Shown here one piece after another: positions 61,609 to 64,000 of a DNA stretch of 64,000 bases; the first letter of the stretch is position 1, and each line of letters opens with the position of its first letter. The position numbers and the translations under genes are program-made. Source of the DNA: Alphaproteobacteria bacterium (GTDB lineage: Bacteria > Pseudomonadota > Alphaproteobacteria > UBA828); NCBI GenBank assembly GCA_965214705.1, contig OZ243972.1, positions 1,888,001 to 1,952,000 on the forward strand. The letters are read 5' to 3'. A model generated the notes under the pieces. The model saw only the letters and a program-made list of their open reading frames with translations, had not been told where the DNA came from and made no database searches.

Positions 61609-62637
61609 GGCTCAATTCGCAAACCGTAGGCATGGCTTTGCCATCGCAGCCTCAAGGCAGGCTCTCGGCGATGGCTGATCGTCGAGTGCGATGAGATGGA
61701 ACCACCTCAGATAGCTGTCCAGGTACTTGGTGGCGATGCCGCGGCGGATGCGCAGAAAGCCCTTGATCTGGCTGTGGCGGCTGTTGACCGTCTGGATGTG
61801 CACGGCACCCCGGACCCGCTCCCCTGCAGAGCCGTTGATGCTCTCGTGAGGGATGTCGAGCGCGGCTGCGACGGGCGGATAGCAGCGGTTGGCGTCGGAG
61901 ACCAGCAGGGCATCCGGGGCGAGGACCGGCTCCAGCACCGCCTTCACGTTGTCTGCGTTCAGCGCGGGCAGGGTGTGGCTGAGGGTCTCGCCGCCACGGT
62001 CGGCGGCGACCAGAACCGGCACCTGCTCGCGCGAGAGGCCGCGTTTCTTGGCCTTGCCGCCGCGCCGGCGCGGCTTGCGGTCGAGCTTCCGCTGCCCCTT
62101 GCGGCTCTCCAGGACGAAGGTCTCGTCCGCCTCGACGATCCCGGCAAGCCGCTCCGGCGCCTGGCGGACCGCCGCCAGGAAGCGGTGGCGCCAGCGATGC
62201 GCCGTGCTCGGCGCAATCCCGCAGCGCGCGGCGGACGCCTTGATCGTCTCGCCCTCGGCAAGCGAGGCGCCAAAGGACAGCCAGCGCTCCTTGTGGTGCA
62301 GCCCAGACAGCGCCGTGCCCGTGAGCGCGCCGAACGTCCTCCCGCACTCCTTGCACCGGAAGCGGCGAAGACCCCGCGCCTTGCCCCGCGACACCGCCCC
62401 GCCGGCACCACAGCGCGGGCAGCGGCGCTCGTCATCCACGCCCAACTCGATCGCCGCCAGCGCGGACGCGCCCTCCGGTGGGTCCGACAGCACCGCCGCC
62501 ACATCGTCGCGCTGCGACGCCGTCAACTCATCGACACGCGAGAACCAGTCCCGAAACCGCTCGTGATCCATCTGTCTGACCCCCAAGGCAAATCGGGAAC
62601 AATCCTATCACAATGCCTACGATTCACGAATTGAGCC
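61609..62637 (-). mobile_element. IS1595 family element just after the last repeat
   Basis: Inverted repeats GGCTCAATTCG.AA.CGTAGGCAT; 8-bp duplication ATTATATA (61601-61608, 62638-62645). Confidence 0.93.
61612..62571 (-). CDS. IS1595 family transposase
   Basis: CPRC...FRCKECGRTF..LTGT, IVEADET, LVSD, HIQTVNSRHS, GIATKYLDSYL. Confidence 0.93.
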   Translation of the reverse strand: MDHERFRDWFSRVDELTASQRDDVAAVLSDPPEGASALAAIELGVDDERRCPRCGAGGAVSRGKARGLRRFRCKECGRTFGALTGTALSGLHHKERWLSFGASLAEGETIKASAARCGIAPSTAHRWRHRFLAAVRQAPERLAGIVEADETFVLESRKGQRKLDRKPRRRGGKAKKRGLSREQVPVLVAADRGGETLSHTLPALNADNVKAVLEPVLAPDALLVSDANRCYPPVAAALDIPHESINGSAGERVRGAVHIQTVNSRHSQIKGFLRIRRGIATKYLDSYLRWFHLIALDDQPSPRACLEAAMAKPCLRFAN

Positions 62638-62663
62638 ATTATATAGCTGACTATGCGCCGGTC

Positions 62664-62837
62664 CTATTTGACCGTACCGCCCGCCAGTTCTCGTTGCGGT
62701 TTCGGGGGTAGACGGAGCACGGCCTTGGCCAGCGCCTCGGCGCGGTGGTGAACCTCCTCGGGGATCGGGTCGTCCTCGGTTAGTTCATCCGCCTGTTTCT
62801 CAATTGTCCCCTCGGACGGGTTCGGTCGACTCGTCAT
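62664..62837 (-). CDS. Small hypothetical protein
   Basis: 57-aa ORF, DDPIPE...AEALAKAVLRLPPK. Confidence 0.35.
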   Translation of the reverse strand: MTSRPNPSEGTIEKQADELTEDDPIPEEVHHRAEALAKAVLRLPPKPQRELAGGTVK

Positions 62838-62941
62838 CCGGTCACCGTGCCATCGGTCCCGCGCGTCGTCCAGTCCTTTCACGACCGCTTGACCGCATAT
62901 CAGTCCCGCCCCTACCCTCATCTCCGCAACTGTCAACGTAC

Positions 62942-63100
62942 GTCCCGCTTGCCGGGTCGCCCGCTGAATAAGCCCGAGACCCGGTGCGGGGTAGCTCCCC
63001 GCGCTTGGTGAATAGGCGGGACCCCTCGCGTTCGCGCGTTGATGGTTGCAACGGCCCGGCACCAGCCGGGACCGGGGCAACGGAGCGGGGGAATGTCATG
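62942..63100 (+). promoter_or_regulatory. Conserved structured 5' leader, copy B
   Basis: Homologous to 19624-19784 and ends at the ATG of the GIY-YIG gene. Confidence 0.6.
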
Positions 63101-63691
63101 GGAGTCGTCTACGTCCTGACCAACGAGTTGATGCCGGGTCTCGTCAAGATCGGTAACACCAGTCAGTCGGTCAGAGACCGGATAAGGTCCCTGAACGGCA
63201 CCGGGGTGCCTTGTCCGTACGACTGCGTCGCCGCGTGGGAGTTTGGGGATGCGAAGGGGGCGGAGCGCGCGATCCACCGGGCGTTCGCGGATCGACGCGT
63301 TAGCAAGAAGGAGTTCTTCAAGATGGACCCCGAACGGGCGGTGGCCATCCTGGAGCAGTTCGGACGGAAGGATGTCACCCCGCCCAAGGCGAGGGGGACC
63401 GGGTCGGAGGGCGCGGGTTCCCCGAAAACGAAGCGCAAGTTGTTCCGGTTCTCGATGGTCGGCATCGCGCCGGGGGAGACCCTGACCTCGGTCTGGGACG
63501 AGAGCGTGACCTGCACCGTGGTCGACGACCGGCGGGTCAAGTTCGAGGGCGAGCCGATGACCCTCTCGGGGGCGGCAAAGCGCGTCATCCGGGGCCGGGG
63601 CAAGAACTGGAAGTCCGTGGCGGGACCCGATTCGTGGTGCTACGGTGACCCGCCTTTGACCCTCAACAAGATACGGGACAAGAAGCGGTGA
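63098..63691 (+). CDS. T5orf172/GIY-YIG nuclease-like protein with RAMA-like C-terminal domain
   Basis: GVVYVLTNELMPGLVKIG.T, L.GTGVP.P, E..IH..F...RV..KEFF; C-terminal FRFSMVGI.PGETL...F.GE.MTLSGAA...GPDSW. Confidence 0.75.
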   Translation: MGVVYVLTNELMPGLVKIGNTSQSVRDRIRSLNGTGVPCPYDCVAAWEFGDAKGAERAIHRAFADRRVSKKEFFKMDPERAVAILEQFGRKDVTPPKARGTGSEGAGSPKTKRKLFRFSMVGIAPGETLTSVWDESVTCTVVDDRRVKFEGEPMTLSGAAKRVIRGRGKNWKSVAGPDSWCYGDPPLTLNKIRDKKR

Positions 63692-64000
63692 GCCTCCTTC
63701 CCGAATCCCGCTGGTGGCACTGGTTCGTCTACCCCGTGGCGGGGATAATGGTGGCCATTCTTCTGGTGGGGGCAGTCATCGTGGTAGCCTTGGGGTGACC
63801 AGCCTGCGAGGAGAACATGCCCCAATCGCCGTCAGAGAACATGAACATCATCCCCGATCCGCTCGCCGTCGAGATATTCATGCGGGCTGCGGCCAAGGCG
63901 ATTTACAAAATTGACAAATTACCGCTAGAACAACGGACTACAAAGGGGATTCTTGTCTGCATCGATGAAGAAATTCAACGAGAGAAGGTCCTCGTTTCTC

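Noticed and set aside
63714-64000. Short ORF at the window end
   Set aside because: No motif or clear RBS; cannot be supported

Overview
High-GC mobile/accessory DNA (plasmid- or ICE-like; proteobacterial, probably alphaproteobacterial, by inference) with no rRNA or tRNA seen. 1-19 kb: mobilisation genes (relaxase tail, NYN protein, RHH proteins, DUF2493/SLOG, 1815-aa MobF relaxase-helicase) broken by an IS66 that itself carries a tyrosine-recombinase + IS91-type HUH element, and by an IS1595. 19-35 kb: cargo and IS debris (rhodanese lipoprotein, IS110/IS1111, IS fragments, LuxR + acidic-repeat S8 protease + 2OG-Fe(II) oxygenase, integrases). 35-42 kb: HigBA-type toxin-antitoxin pair and a leading-region-like run (7x C4 zinc-finger protein, ssb, second DUF2493). 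42-64 kb: defence island with a Schlafen/AlbA protein, a Type ISP restriction-modification gene split by a 214-bp MITE, a type I-G (I-U) CRISPR-Cas system (Csb2 with a duplicated Cas6-like half; 19 repeats/18 spacers, IS66 in the last spacer) and a GIY-YIG/RAMA-like nuclease. The strongest novelty candidates are an element whose two ends form one attC-like hairpin only when circularised, a structured leader repeated 43 kb apart in front of unrelated genes, the double-Cas6 Csb2 next to a solitary repeat-like unit, and the poly-zinc-finger protein. Family calls come from motif recognition by eye, not from database searches.
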